Made by a program: the position numbers and the translations under genes. This document shows, in pieces, positions 1 through 13,304 of a stretch of 64,000 nucleotides of DNA. Position 1 is the first letter of the stretch. The number at the start of each line of letters is the position of its first letter. This DNA comes from Eledone cirrhosa (Eukaryota): contig OZ024743.1 in assembly GCA_964016885.1 (NCBI GenBank), positions 182,528,001-182,592,000 on the forward strand. The letters are read 5' to 3'. The notes under the pieces were generated by a model. It was not told the origin of the DNA and searched no databases. It saw only the letters and a list, made by a program, of their open reading frames with translations.

Positions 1-1489
1 ATCGTTTAACGTCCATGTTCCACGCTTGCATGGGTTTGTATATTATAATTAATTGTAATATATTTCTTCCTAATTCAACACAATTATATAGCTAATAATT
101 GAGAGTATATTATAACAAAAATTGGTTATGCTCCAAAAATGGAGAAATTTTTATATTTTTATAGTTAATTTGATCACTGGTGTCAACATTACAACTGGAA
201 CATTTCCAAATATGTTTAAATAAATATATAATTAGAATATTTACTGTTTTTAAATAAATTTCTATATAAAAGATCAATCAAACATATATCCTCTTGGGTG
301 AGGTCTCTCTTCAACCTTGACACCGTTTAATAAACTACATGGAGTTACACCACCCTGACAGTTCTAAGTATTTCCCAGTTCTGTAGATCTGTATTTAAGC
401 ACTAGGTATAGAATTCTATTCTAATTCAGAGTTTAGTGGTTAGAGAATTAGACTTATAATTCTAAGGTTGCGAGATTGATTCCTGGATCAAGCAATGCAT
501 TATGTCCTTGAGCAAGACATTTTATTTCACGTTGACTGGTAGATAGTATTAGCAATGGAAAGACTTTTTCCTTAGTGTGATCTGATGAGTTCCACCCCAA
601 TCGGTAAGTGAATGAAGTCTGGGATCTTCTCAACTGATTCTCTAAGGAGAGAAGCTGTATGAGAAGCCTAACTGAGCTAAACCAAAGTTAACAGAAAGTA
701 GTTTGTAGGATCTACATTAACACATCTTGTCAAAAAATGTTCAAAGATATGAGAGATGGATGAAGCCTACAGGCATAAGATTTTGAGAGAAATATTTGCA
801 GGCTTTGGAAATGTCAAGGCAACAAAATTGTCTTTGCTAGAATCTGAAGAGCAAGAAACCCCAGACAAGATAGGGTAGCATATCTTGGTTAGATGGAAAC
901 TGTAGCAGAGGAAACTGAAGAGTGGAAAGAAACTTAAGGTGGCAAATACTGGAATTGATGGCTATAATTAGGTTTCACTAGGAATTTTTGAAAATATTTA
1001 AATCTAACTTTTGTATTTTTACTTGGAGAGCATCCAAAAAGAAACATTTTGATACCTCATTTGTGAAATTTAGATGAATATTTTAGGAAATATGACAATT
1101 TGAATGGTTAGCAAATTGGTTGAAATCTTGCCTAAATGAATAATTAGCCATATTTGTGATGTCATATTTTTGAAACTAAGGTGATAATCATCTTCAAATT
1201 ACACAAATTAATAGTGTCTATGGGATAGCAGTTGCCTATTTCGTTTCAGGTTCTTGAAAATTAAACTTTTTTCGGAATTTAAAAATATTTATGTAAAGTA
1301 AAAGTCACAAGTTGACACACATCTGCCAACGTTTTTAATTGTAATTTTGTTACCTTACATCTATTTTCTTTATATTGCAATCGATGATATGAGTTTGAAT
1401 TCAAAATATATACCACATACATCAGTACAGAATCTCTCCACTTGCCGCAATCCTTTGTCATCTTTGTTTCGAGTTTCATTGATTTGAGA

Positions 1490-1680
1490 TCTGCTCTCAC
1501 CTCTGCCAGGTTCCTCTACTGCAGCTTCTTCCCACTGGAATTTCTTGGCACTACTTCATCCAGCAATCATCATCCATGTGCATCACATGTTCATACCAAC
1601 AGTCTTGCCTATTACACACTACTTCTGATTCCTCTTAAACCCAGTTTTTCTCTCAGTCCATCTAAGCTCAGTCGTTCTCC
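1490..1680 (-). mobile_element. Old RTE 3' fragment (similar relics ~24300-24830, 58250-58730, 61440-61690)
   Basis: Remnant LREKLGLRGIRS..HVMHMDDDCW..CQEIPV. Confidence 0.6.
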
Positions 1681-2149
1681 TTGATAAACTACTATTAAAT
1701 AGGATTAGAATTTGGTTTTGTTGATCAGAATTTTGGAGCATGCCAAATTATATATCTTTCTCAAGAGCATACTAACCTTTTCACTACCAAATTTCTTATG
1801 AAATACACTGCTTCTATACTTTAATTAATTTTCTTTACCAATTTATTCCTGAGTGGGTCATGGGGCCAAAGTCAAAACATTTTGAAAATAAAAAGTTTAT
1901 TTAGTAAAATAACTAGCTTTTTCATTAAGCTGGTGTTCGGAGCCTAACAAGTTCTTACATAAAAACATTTCATTATAATTTTATGTATGAACAGTTTTAA
2001 AGGAGAAATGTATCATAAAACCAGAGGTAGTTTCAGATAGGTTGGTACCAAAGAAGTTAGAGTTTGAATTCGGGACTACACTGGCAATAATTAAGTAACT
2101 TAATAATCACAGTCAATGTACTGAACATCTGGCATATATTGTCATTTCA

Positions 2150-2285
2150 TACCTGGTAGATCATACTTTACTCCACTCGAGTCCAGTCCCCATTCCTGGC
2201 AGATCTTACTTTACTCCACTCCCCATCTCTGGCAGATCATACTTTACTCCACTCCCCATCCCTGGCAGATCATACTTTACTCCAG
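2150..2285. repeat. Short tandem array, 4 x ~33-43 bp
   Basis: cctggcagatcatactttactccact repeated. Confidence 0.8.
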
Positions 2286-2380
2286 TCACTATACATCCTG
2301 TTTTCACTACTTAGGTTTCATATCAGAGAACATCATATGGAAAAACAGTTAGAACAATAAGTCATACTTCATCATCATTT

Positions 2381-2564
2381 GGATTGGCAGTATCGGTAGA
2401 GGGTCGGACGCCATGCTTTGCAGCATAGTTACGTCCCTTTACGATCTGAGTTCAAATCCCGCCGAGGTTGACTTTGCTTTTCATCCTTACGGGGTCGATA
2501 AAATAAAGTACCAGTAATGCACTGAGTAATTGCTGGCCTTGTGCCTAAAGTAGAAACAATTATT
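2381..2564 (+). mobile_element. SINE family B (copies also at ~5561-5769 -, 16026-16211 +, 17142-17361 +, 18120-18214 -, 30274-30460 +, 38757-38998 +, 46211-46417 -, 55021-55206 -)
   Basis: B-box-like GAGTTCAAATC; central GGTTGACTTTGCCTTTCATCCTTACGGGGTCGATAAAATAAAGTACCAG resembling the Meta-type SINE domain; (ATT) tail. Confidence 0.82.
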
Positions 2565-4843
2565 TTACATCCCCTTCTCATGCCACAATCTACAAACAGG
2601 TCAGAGCAACCTCTCTTGCTCATTGTGTTCTATATTTGGTATAGTTTCTACAGCTAGATGCCCTTCCTAAGGCAAACTACCATATAGAGTATGTTGGGTG
2701 CATTTTTCATGACAACAGCATTACCATTTTACAGAGTACATTTTATCATGACCACAGCACTTACATTTTACAAGGTGGATTGAGTGTATTTTATCATGAC
2801 ACCAACACTACCACTTTACAGGGTGTACTGGGTGTAGTCTATCATTGCACCAACACTAGCACTTTACAGGGTGTACTGGGTGTATTTTATCATGACACCA
2901 ACATATTTAATTGTAAAAAGTTACAAACACAAAACAATTCATAGAAGAAAAAAACAATTCAATAAAGCAATTGTATTTTTTTTTTTTTATTTAAGATTCA
3001 TTCAACAAGGTATTCAAAATATATACCACATACATTCAAAAACACAAAAAAGTCCTTTTGTTTAATTTCTTCAAGAATTCCAGATGAAATACTTGGTATG
3101 GGATGTACAAAAGTTATCAATACATATTATTATTAGCTTGTCCTTCATAGAAGTCAAATGAGAAAGATAAATGTTACCACTATAGTCTTTCAATTATTCA
3201 GTGTATATATATATAGTGTTTTTTTGTTGTTGTTTTGGGTTTTTTTTTTTTATATAATTAAAGGTTTGTCTTTGTGTCCATATAAATATGTTTGAATATG
3301 TGTATGTGTGTTGAATCAGTGTATGTGTGTGCACACATGTGCAGGTGTGCACGTGTGTATATGTACATGCACACGTGTATGCATGCATACATATTTGTAG
3401 TTTCAAGACGTAAATAAATCACCAAAGGAATGTGAAAAAGCAGGATATGGGGCTTTAAACAATTATAAAATTACCTGAAATTAAGACATTTAAAAAAATA
3501 TGGTTGAGTTGTGATTTTCATGCCTTTCCCAGTCATTAATTGAGGTGCTTTACAAATGGAAATCAAAACCAATCTATGGAATGGAATTCCCAAGATCTTA
3601 TGGGCATATTCTGGCACTTAATAATAATTAATTTCTTTGACACAATCCTTTCAATTATCAAAGTGGGGAAAGTCAATTGTCTGCACCAAAAGATATTACT
3701 GGTATTAAGTTAATCTGAAAAACTAACAGAGCACCAATATCATCTGATTATTTTATCTCCCCACTGCCAACTACAATAATACAGAAACCAAACAAAAGAT
3801 GGACAGAATGAGGAAAGAAGAAATTAGAAAAAATAGAAATATAATTCAACAAATAAAACAATTATAATTGTTGCTTATTTATTTTTTTAAATATATTCTA
3901 TTGTTAATAGAGAAATATTTTAGTGTTTTATGTTGTTATGTACATATAGAAGAAATATGGTTTTAACTAGGAACATAGCTTTTGGTCAGTTTTAAAAAAA
4001 AGGACCAAAAATTACATTCTTAAAAAATAATTCAAAACCAGGTGAATGTGTTTTTGCTCCTTTTTATGGAGTCGAGTAGGGGTTTGGGGTGATTTTAAAT
4101 GTTTGGGTGTATTGTACAGTTTATTTTAAATGCAATTGTTATGAAGGTTTGTAAGTGTCTAAGAAAGAAAATAATTTCAGTACTAGAGAAGGTATAGCCA
4201 GGATGGTAAAGAAATAATTGTAAAATAGGGAATATGCCATGGAAAATGGGGAATATGCCATGAAGAATGTGCTGTTAACTTTCTATGTGTTCAGACAGAA
4301 AATTATAGAAACACCAAAGAATGAACAAAAAAAAAAAAAAAATAGAGCATAAACAGATGTGTTAAACAAAATCCAAAGACATGTGACGCGTGAGAGCAGT
4401 AATGAATATTTGAAAGTTATGAAGAGCTGTGGGAAGGAAAGATAAGATAGAGAGGATTAAAACAGTGTATATTCAATGAAATTGAGCCAAGTATATTACT
4501 GAGATATCAATACCATATTATAATTGTTTGTTTCTGATTTAGGCACAAGGCCAACAATTTTGGGAAGAGGGGAAAGTTGATTTAAATTGACCCCAGTGCA
4601 TTACTGGTACTTTATTTTATCGACCACTATAAGATGCACCAAGAGCACTCAGTAGAGAACAGGACTATGTAAGGGAGATATAGCCCCCTCCTCACCCTAC
4701 CCCCAGCTCTTCTGAGAAGTCAATAGCTCCAACTAAATACTAACTTGGTCTGAAACAACCCATCCAACCCTTGCTAGCAGACAAAGGATGATGGCATTAA
4801 TAAGGGCAGAGATTTATTGCAGGATAAATTAACCCTTTACATT

Positions 4844-5382
4844 TCTAGTAGTGTTTCACTGACCATGAAAGAATGACCAAAGTCAACACCAGCAGGACTG
4901 GAAGTGAGAAGTCTAGTCGTAGTTTACTGACCATGAAAGAATGACCAAGTCAACACCAGTAGGACTGGAAGTGAGAAGTCTAGTAGTAGTTTACTGACCA
5001 TGAAAGAATGACCAAGTCAACACCAGTAGGACTGGAAGTGAGAAGTCTAGTCGTAGTTTACTGACCATGAAAGAATGACCAAGTCAACACCAGTAGGACT
5101 GGAAGTGAGAAGTCTAGTCGTAGTTTACTGACCATGAAAGAATGACCAAAGTCAACACCAGCAGGACTGGAAGTGAGAAGTCTAGTAGTAGTTTACTGAC
5201 CATGAAAGAATGACCAAAGTCAACACCAGTAGGACTGGAAGTGAGAAGTCTAGTAGTAGTTTACTGACCATGAAAGAATGACCAAGTCAACACCAGCAGG
5301 ATTGGAAGTGAGAAGTCTAGTAGTAGTTTACTGACCATGAAAGAATGACCAAAGTCAACACCAGCAGGACTGGAAGTGAGAA
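4844..5382. repeat. Minisatellite, 8 x 67-68 bp
   Basis: Unit tctagtagtagtttactgaccatgaaagaatgacc(a)aagtcaacaccagcaggactggaagtgagaag. Confidence 0.95.
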
Positions 5383-8046
5383 ACATGAAACTACTCTAAA
5401 ACAATCAATGTTCTCCAATTTCTGCTACCTTTCACTTCTGACATTGGCACAAAACGGGTTTGTAGTTAAATGAACGGACATGAGAATATGACTGGTACTT
5501 ATTTTATCCACAGTAGTGGGACTGAAGAAAAAACAGCCAAAACTCAGGATATAACTATATAATGGTTTCTGATTTAGGCACAAGGCCAACAATTTTGGAG
5601 GAGGAGAAAATCAATTAAATCAACACCAATGCGTTACTGGTACTTTATTTTATCGACCCTGTAAGGTTGAAAGGTAAAGCTAACCTCGGCGGGATTTGGA
5701 TTCAGAACATAAAGGGACATAACTATGGCGCCAAGCATACTGTCCGCCGCTCTACCGATTACTGCCAATGAGGCCAGATATTTTGGGAGTGGGTACACGA
5801 TGATGTATCAACACAGGAAGGGTGAAAGGCATTGACAGGAACAGAAAAAAGATATATTATACTAAGTACTGCAGGACATTTTATCCTGTGTTCTATAGAT
5901 TCTGACACTTTAGTCATTTGTCTTTGAAAATCAATCATTAGTTGTTAAAAACATAGTTCATAAATCAGAAATGAAATGGTGGGGCAGGAGTACAATTTCA
6001 AGATAAGCAAAAAAAAAACCCAAAAAACATGACAATTTTGTGTCAATGATATGTACCGGGATCAAATTCTCTTCATACCTGCCACAGAGGACAAAAGTTG
6101 AGGCCAAACACAGGAATAAATAATTTACAATTTAATTGATTGATTACACAAGGGGAGAGAAAAAAGACTAGACAAAGCAACGATGGGATATTGTGATGTG
6201 CATGCCTTACCCAAGGGCATCAATGAGTTTAAATAAAATGGGTATCAAGAGTGGTAAACTTGACTTACCAGGAGCCGACCATTTATTACATGTAGTAAAA
6301 AAATTGCAATATCGCTCTCATATTTTATTGTTTTACATTCCTATTTTCTTTCTAAAAATTATCACCATTATTTTGACATAGTATTTTCTGTGCAATGCCT
6401 TTCTTTGAACAAACTTACAATAAATGAAACAAGAATTACCATTCAAATATACACACTTCACTCATTATTGATACATAGAAAACAGTGGTTTGTATTTTTT
6501 AAGAGGTTACAGTAATCCAAACAAGACATTAAATGTTTAAAATAACAATAACAGTTGTTCGAATGTTACCATGGAGGTATTTAATTCTTAATATTTCAGG
6601 ATAAAATTCCCTTTCTCAAAAGAAAAGTGACCAAGAAAGATAACCCTATTTTTCTTATGCTGACATTTCTGACTCATTATTATTATTATTAACATTTAAT
6701 GTTCTATTTGTATTGCTGTAGCTCTCTTGAAAAAAAAAAATAAAAAAAAAAATAAAAAGTCGTGAGGGAGATTAACTCTTGTTTTCAAGACTTGCTTCAA
6801 GCAAAATACACCACCCTCTTACTAATAGTTTTAATTTTAATTTGATAACACTGAGGTGTTTTCATAAATGAAAACTGCAAAGAGAAAAATAACTCGTGTT
6901 GAATTTAGAATTTAGAATTTTTTAAAAAAATTTACCAAAAGAATTGAATTTTTTTTAATGTATCCATTATTGATTATTTTTACATACAACTTCAGTTTAT
7001 GAAAACATCGGTTTTTATCAATTTGACAATGAAAAAAATAAATTTAAATAAAATGAATACTTCACCAAACCCCTGAAACACATACAAATTTATACATTTT
7101 TCTTAAAATATAAATAAAATGTTTTTGTTAGTTTTTTTAATTATAAAGTTACTAATTTTGCTACTAAATTTTAAAACAAAAATACCCCCACGCGATTTCA
7201 AATATTAATGGTACAATATATATCAAAAGAAAGAAATTTGTAAGAAAAATTACAGAATGACAAAAGAAAACTACTAATTAGAATTTATCAAGTAGGCAAC
7301 CATTAAACCTAATTAGTGAGGCTGTACAACATAAATAGGGCATAAACTAGATCTTGTTACCCTTCTTTGGTTTCAACTAAATGTTTCACAATGCTATCAA
7401 TTTGAATCTGCAGAAGATATTTTTCTATCTATTTTTTATTTAACCCTTAAAATTCTGTAATTATTTATGAGCAAATATCTAAAAATACATCTGTTAATTC
7501 AAATGTTTATAGTATATTTACTATTGGCTAGATTGTGAAAATTTGCAGTATTAAAGATTTTAATTTTCAATGTGATGAAGCTTTAGTGCTGTTTTGTACT
7601 TTTCAACAATGTCTTACTAATATAGTTTCATTTGGTACTGGACACTAATAATTAATGAACAATGTATATATCTACATTCATATAACAATGTGTGCATGTG
7701 TGTGTATATAGATATATATATAGAGAGGGAGAGATAGTTGGTTGGTGTGTAACGTTAAGTTACAGATGGTTCACCAGTTTAAGCACTCAATACTATTATA
7801 TGGATCCAGCTACCAAGCTAGGATCCATCTTTTGTGTTGTCACCGGTTATTGGTAGCCCCAACATATACAGTGTTAATAAACAGGTAGGAGTGATCGCGA
7901 CTGATCCTACCATCAGCTGATCAATTGTAAAACGTATGTCAGATGGGAATAAAACATAAGATGCCAAATTGATACTTCGTTCCTGCCTGCCTATATATAT
8001 CATCATCATCATCGTTTAATGTCTATCTTCCACGCTAGCATGGGTA

Positions 8047-8226
8047 TATGCCGGGGTGTTGAAAATTTCCTTTCTTTGGATAAAAGAAAATACAGGAGGA
8101 TCAGTTAATTATGATTTTATTCAATATTCTCCTCTCAGATTTACATACTTATTGCAGCGGTCCTACCTCTCCTGTAAAGGTAATAGCTATACTCTTAAGC
8201 CAGGAACTTTTCAGTACCCCAATATA
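8047..8226. mobile_element. Mariner-derived MITE
   Basis: GGGGTGTTGAAAATTTCC / GGAACTTTTCAGTACCCC inverted ends, TA flanks. Confidence 0.6.
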
Positions 8227-8387
8227 TCATTCAAAAATTCAAAACATCCAGATCTATCCACCATAAAGAGAGAAAGCTATTTGTTTAAAATCTTCAACTT
8301 TGCCATATTTGGTCTCAAATACTATTTTTCTCAATTTCATCTGTATATAAATCAATTGATTAATGGAGCTTCATCAATGAAGTGTTC

Positions 8388-10908
8388 AAGTTGATCAACA
8401 GAACAGCCTGCTTGTGAAACTAATAACTCTTCAGTTGATCAACAGAACAGCCTACTTGTGAAACTAATAACTGTTCAGTTGATCAACAGAACAGCCTACT
8501 TGTGAAGCTAATAACTCTTCAGTTGATCAACAGAACAGCCTACTTGTGAAGCTAATAACTCTTCAGTTGATCAACAGAACAGCCTACTTGTGAAACTAAT
8601 AACTCTTCAGTTGATCAACAGAACAGCCTACTTGTGAAACTAATAACTCTTCAGTTGATCAACAGAACAGCCTACTTGTGAAACTAATAACTGTTCAGTT
8701 GATCAACAGAACAGCCTACTTGTGAAGCTAATAACTCTTCAGTTGATCAACAGAACAGCCTACTTGTGAAACTAATAACTGTTCAGTTGATCAACAGAAC
8801 AGCCTACTTGTGAAACTAATAACTGCTCAGTTGATCAACAGAACAGCCTGCTTGTGAAACTAATAACTGTTCAGTTGATCAACAGAACAGCCTGCTTGTG
8901 AAACTAATAACTGTTCAGTTGATCAACAGAACAGCCTACTTGTGAAACTAATAACTGTTCAGTTGATCAACAGAGCAGCCTGCTTGTGAAACTAATAACT
9001 GTTCAGTTGATCAACAGAGCAGCCTGCTTGTGAAACTAATAACTGTTCAGTTGATCAACAGAACAGCCTACTTGTGAAACTAATAACTCTTCAGTTGATC
9101 AACAGAACAGCCTACTTGTGAAACTAATAACTCTTCAGTTGATCAACAGAACAGCCTACTTGTGAAGCTAATAACTCTTCAGTTGATCAACAGAACAGCC
9201 TACTTGTGAAACTAATAACTGTTCAGTTGATCAACAGAACAGCCTACTTGTGAAGCTAAAAACTTCAGTTGATCAACAGAACAGCCTACTTGTGAAGCTA
9301 AAAACTTCAGTTGATCAACAGAACAGCATACTTGTGAAACTAATAACTGTTCAGTTGATCAACAGAACAGCCTACTTGTGAAGCTAATAACTGTTCAGTT
9401 GATCAACAGAACAGCCTACTTGTGAAACTAATAACTGTTCAGTTGATCAACAGAGCAGCCTGCTTGTGAAACTAATAACTGTTCAGTTGATCAACAGAGC
9501 AGCCTGCTTGTGAAACTAATAACTGTTCAGTTGATCAACAGAACAGCCTACTTGTGAAACTAATAACTCTTCAGTTGATCAACAGAACAGCCTACTTGTG
9601 AAACTAATAACTCTTCAGTTGATCAACAGAACAGCCTACTTGTGAAGCTAATAACTCTTCAGTTGATCAACAGAACAGCCTACTTGTGAAACTAATAACT
9701 GTTCAGTTGATCAACAGAACAGCCTACTTGTGAAGCTAAAAACTTCAGTTGATCAACAGAACAGCCTACTTGTGAAGCTAAAAACTTCAGTTGATCAACA
9801 GAACAGCATACTTGTGAAACTAATAACTGTTCAGTTGATCAACAGAACAGCCTACTTGTGAAGCTAATAACTGTTCAGTTGATCAACAGAACAGCCTACT
9901 TGTGAAACTAATAACTGTTCAGTTGATCAACAGAACAGCCTACTTGTGAAGCTAATAACTGTTCAGTTGATCAACAGAACAGCCTACTTGTGAAACTAAT
10001 AACTGTTCAGTTGATCAACAGAACAGCCTGCTTGTGAAGCTAATAACTCTTCAGTTGATCAACAGACCAGCCTACTTGTGAAGCTAAAAACTTCAGTTGA
10101 TCAACAGAACAGCCTACTTGTGAAGCTAATAACTGTTCAGTTGATCAACAGAACAGCCTACTTGTGAAGCTAATAACTCTTCAGTTGATCAACAGAACAG
10201 CCTGCTTGTGAAGCTAATAACTGTTCAGTTGATCAACAGAACAGCCTACTTGTGAAGCTAAAAACTTCAGTTGATCAACAGAACAGCCTACTTGTGAAGC
10301 TAAAAACTTCAGTTGATCAACAGAACTACTTGTGAAGCTAAAAACTTCAGTTGATCAACAGAACAGCCTACTTGTGAAGCTAATAACTGTTCAGTTGATC
10401 AACAGAACAGCCTACTTGTGAAGCTAAAAACTTCAGTTGATCAACAGAACAGCCTACTTGTGAAACTAATAACTGTTCAGTTGATCAACAGAACAGCCTA
10501 CTTGTGAAGCTAATAACTGTTCAGTTGATCAACAGAACAGCCTACTTGTGAAGCTAATAACTCTTCAGTTGATCAACAGAACAGCCTACTTGTGAAGCTA
10601 ATAACTCTTCAGTTGATCAACAGAACAGCCTACTTGTGAAACTAATAACTGTTCAGTTGATCAACAGAACAGCCTGCTTGTGAAGCTAAAAACTTCAGTT
10701 GATCAACAGAACAGCCTACTTGTGAAACTAATAACTGTTCAGTTGATCAACAGAACAGCCTACTTGTGAAGCTAATAACTGTTCAGTTGATCAACAGAAC
10801 AGCCTGCTTGTGAAGCTAATAACTGTTCAGTTGATCAACAGAACAGCCTGCTTGTGAAGCTAATAACTGTTCAGTTGATCAACAGAACAGCCTGCTTGTG
10901 AAACTATA
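8388..10908. repeat. Satellite, ~58 units of 44 bp (42-bp variant), with a 480-bp higher-order duplication
   Basis: Unit TTCAGTTGATCAACAGAACAGCCTACTTGTGAAACTAATAACTG read directly from the sequence. Confidence 0.97.
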
Positions 10909-11654
10909 AGTGGCTATCCACAGACATATCTCTAACGTAATTCTTAGAGATTCATCATAATACAGTGCGACAAACCTGGCTCTGAATTACAGGTACAGGC
11001 CATCTGATGAGTTTCTGAACAGTTTAGTCTACCCAATTTTTCTCACAAAGCATGGACCGACTCAAAAGTACAGTAAATGACACTTGCCCAGCAATGTACC
11101 ACTGTCAGATCAAACTCAAGAGACTTAATGATTGTAAAACAAACCTCAACCATTCAGCTATGTGGTGTCCACAGTGTATATAAATACATTCTAGCTAGTG
11201 TAACTGGTATTATGTATGCTAAACAGCCCCACAACTCCCTAAAAACTCAACATTAGTGGAGCAGATGATATAGTTCAAAAGAAAAATATCGGGGGGGGGG
11301 GGGGGGAAGCGGGTGTTAAAATAATATCAACATCTATTCATATTTAGATAAATTTTTCAAAATCATAATTCTGAGAACCACAAACTAGAATACCCTAAAG
11401 TGACAGCAAGACAAGTGCTCTACCGGCTCAATATCTACACAAATCTTCAATACAACAATTATAATTATATATTCACCTATTTATTTGCCCCATTGATACC
11501 AAACCCAGAACCCCCTCTGATTTTACCATATTACTGTTTGTATTGAAATCTTTATCTAAAAACCTGCCATTATAATTTTATGTGACATAAGGAATCAGTT
11601 ATATTACTAAATCCTTCAAATTCTTGATTTTAAAAATGATTTGAAAATCATAAG

Positions 11655-11870
11655 CAATGTCTTTCATTGGGAATATGGTGAGGAAAGGGTTAAAGACCGT
11701 CTTTCATTAGAATTATGGTAATGAAAGGGTTAATGACAGTGTCTTTCATTGGAAATCTGGTAATGAAAGGGTTAATGTCACAGACAGTGTATTTCATTAG
11801 AAATATGGTAATGAAAGGGTTAATGACATAGACAGTGTCTTTCATTGAAAATATGGTGATGAAAGGGATA
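11655..11870. repeat. 5 tandem copies (~41-48 bp) of a MITE terminus
   Basis: gtctttcatt.gaaatatggtaatgaaagggttaa repeated. Confidence 0.85.
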
Positions 11871-12009
11871 AAATATCAACAAGGAAAATATAAATGACCC
11901 AAACAATATAAAGATTGACCCAATCTATTGCAATATTTTGTTTTATCCCTTAGTTCTGAGTTCAAATCATTCCAGGGTCTAGTTTTCTTTTTCATTTCTC
12001 CAAGTTTTA

Positions 12010-12233
12010 TTAACTCAACATCCTGTAATGATTCAGCAGAAAACATCTAAAAACAGGTTAATTTAAATGTTTATAGTATCTTAACTAGTGGACAGATCTT
12101 TGTGAAAATTTGCAATAGACTAAAATAAATATTTAGATTTTTAGTGTAAGGCTGTCATAGTGCCTTACACTTTTGTATTTTTCAAGGCTGACTTGCTAAT
12201 GATATTTCATGTGGTACAGGATGTTAACAGTTA
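12010..12233. mobile_element. TTAA-flanked MITE family 3 with (CTC)TTAACATCCTGTA TIR (other copies ~7440-7655, 34320-34566, 60420-61100, 62100-62313, 63530-63645)
   Basis: Inverted termini aacatcctgta / tacaggatgtt and a shared internal tttaaatgtttatagtatc...gtgaaaatttgc. Confidence 0.6.
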
Positions 12234-13304
12234 AACAAATACCGATACATTATACTTGGTATAATTAACTCTGCAGCTCCCTTTTTACAATTAGTTTGAA
12301 TCTAAGAAAATATTGTCTATTTCCTATGAGGTTTATAAAATAAATACCAAGTATGTAATAACTACGCTCCTTTCTGAAAATTTATAGTGTGGTTCAAATG
12401 GGAAAAAATATTTTACCTACTTTAAACACAAATGTAACAAACACCACCTATATATAAGAAAAGCATCAATATCATATCTTGATTTCCTTCCCTCTTAAGT
12501 CTGGGTCAATGAAATAGACTGTAAACCATGTCATCAATAGCAAACCCTTTACACACTCAAAAGAAATCCTTATTAAAACATCAATGGAACACATGTATAT
12601 AATCTGATAGCTAATACAATCACGCACTTCAACTTTCTACAAGATACTTTACTGATAAGTCCATTACTTATAAGAGACTTCATTACAGTGCTGGGAACAC
12701 AAACAAGTTTCATAGCTCACTATATTGTTCTTGTGTTATATAGCAATGATATGATGGCTGACAAAAGAAAGGTTACAGATTCACTAAAAACAAAATAGTG
12801 ATAAAGTCTTTAAAAAGAAGAGTTAAAAAAAAAAAAGATTCCCAAAATCAGTGATATACCAAATATTTAACTATGTAGTGGAAACTACACACCTTAGAAA
12901 GGCACAGGGTTATTTTATTATTATTATTGCTTAGAAGCAAGGGTTATTGGTGAAACTAATACAGTCAGAAATATAGTGAAGAGTTTAAAAAATAAAATAT
13001 AACTACAAAGAAAATATTTCTCGTATTTGACAACCAACTAAAATCATAATTGACCCTATGAGAAATATATAAATAGAATGAATTCTGAGAGTGATAAAAC
13101 TAAACAGGTGTAGTTTTTAAATAGATTTCCTTCTATTGCACTCAAATGAAATCATTTATTTTTTATTATGTTTTGTATGTTAAATAGCGTGACAAGTAAT
13201 TGAGGAACGGGGAAGAAGATATTCTTCTGAGTTGATAAAATCTTGAAAACATTAAAAAACAAATACAAAGTTGCGTTAACCCTTTTGATAAGAAACTGTC
13301 TTAA

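Noticed and set aside
933-1480. Possible Kolobok-like DNA transposon relic (TTAA-GG start)
   Set aside because: No matching right terminus or second copy found in the window
8388-10908. CRISPR-like array of palindromic repeats
   Set aside because: No unique spacers (inter-palindrome sequence is near-constant), no cas genes, eukaryotic context; it is a satellite
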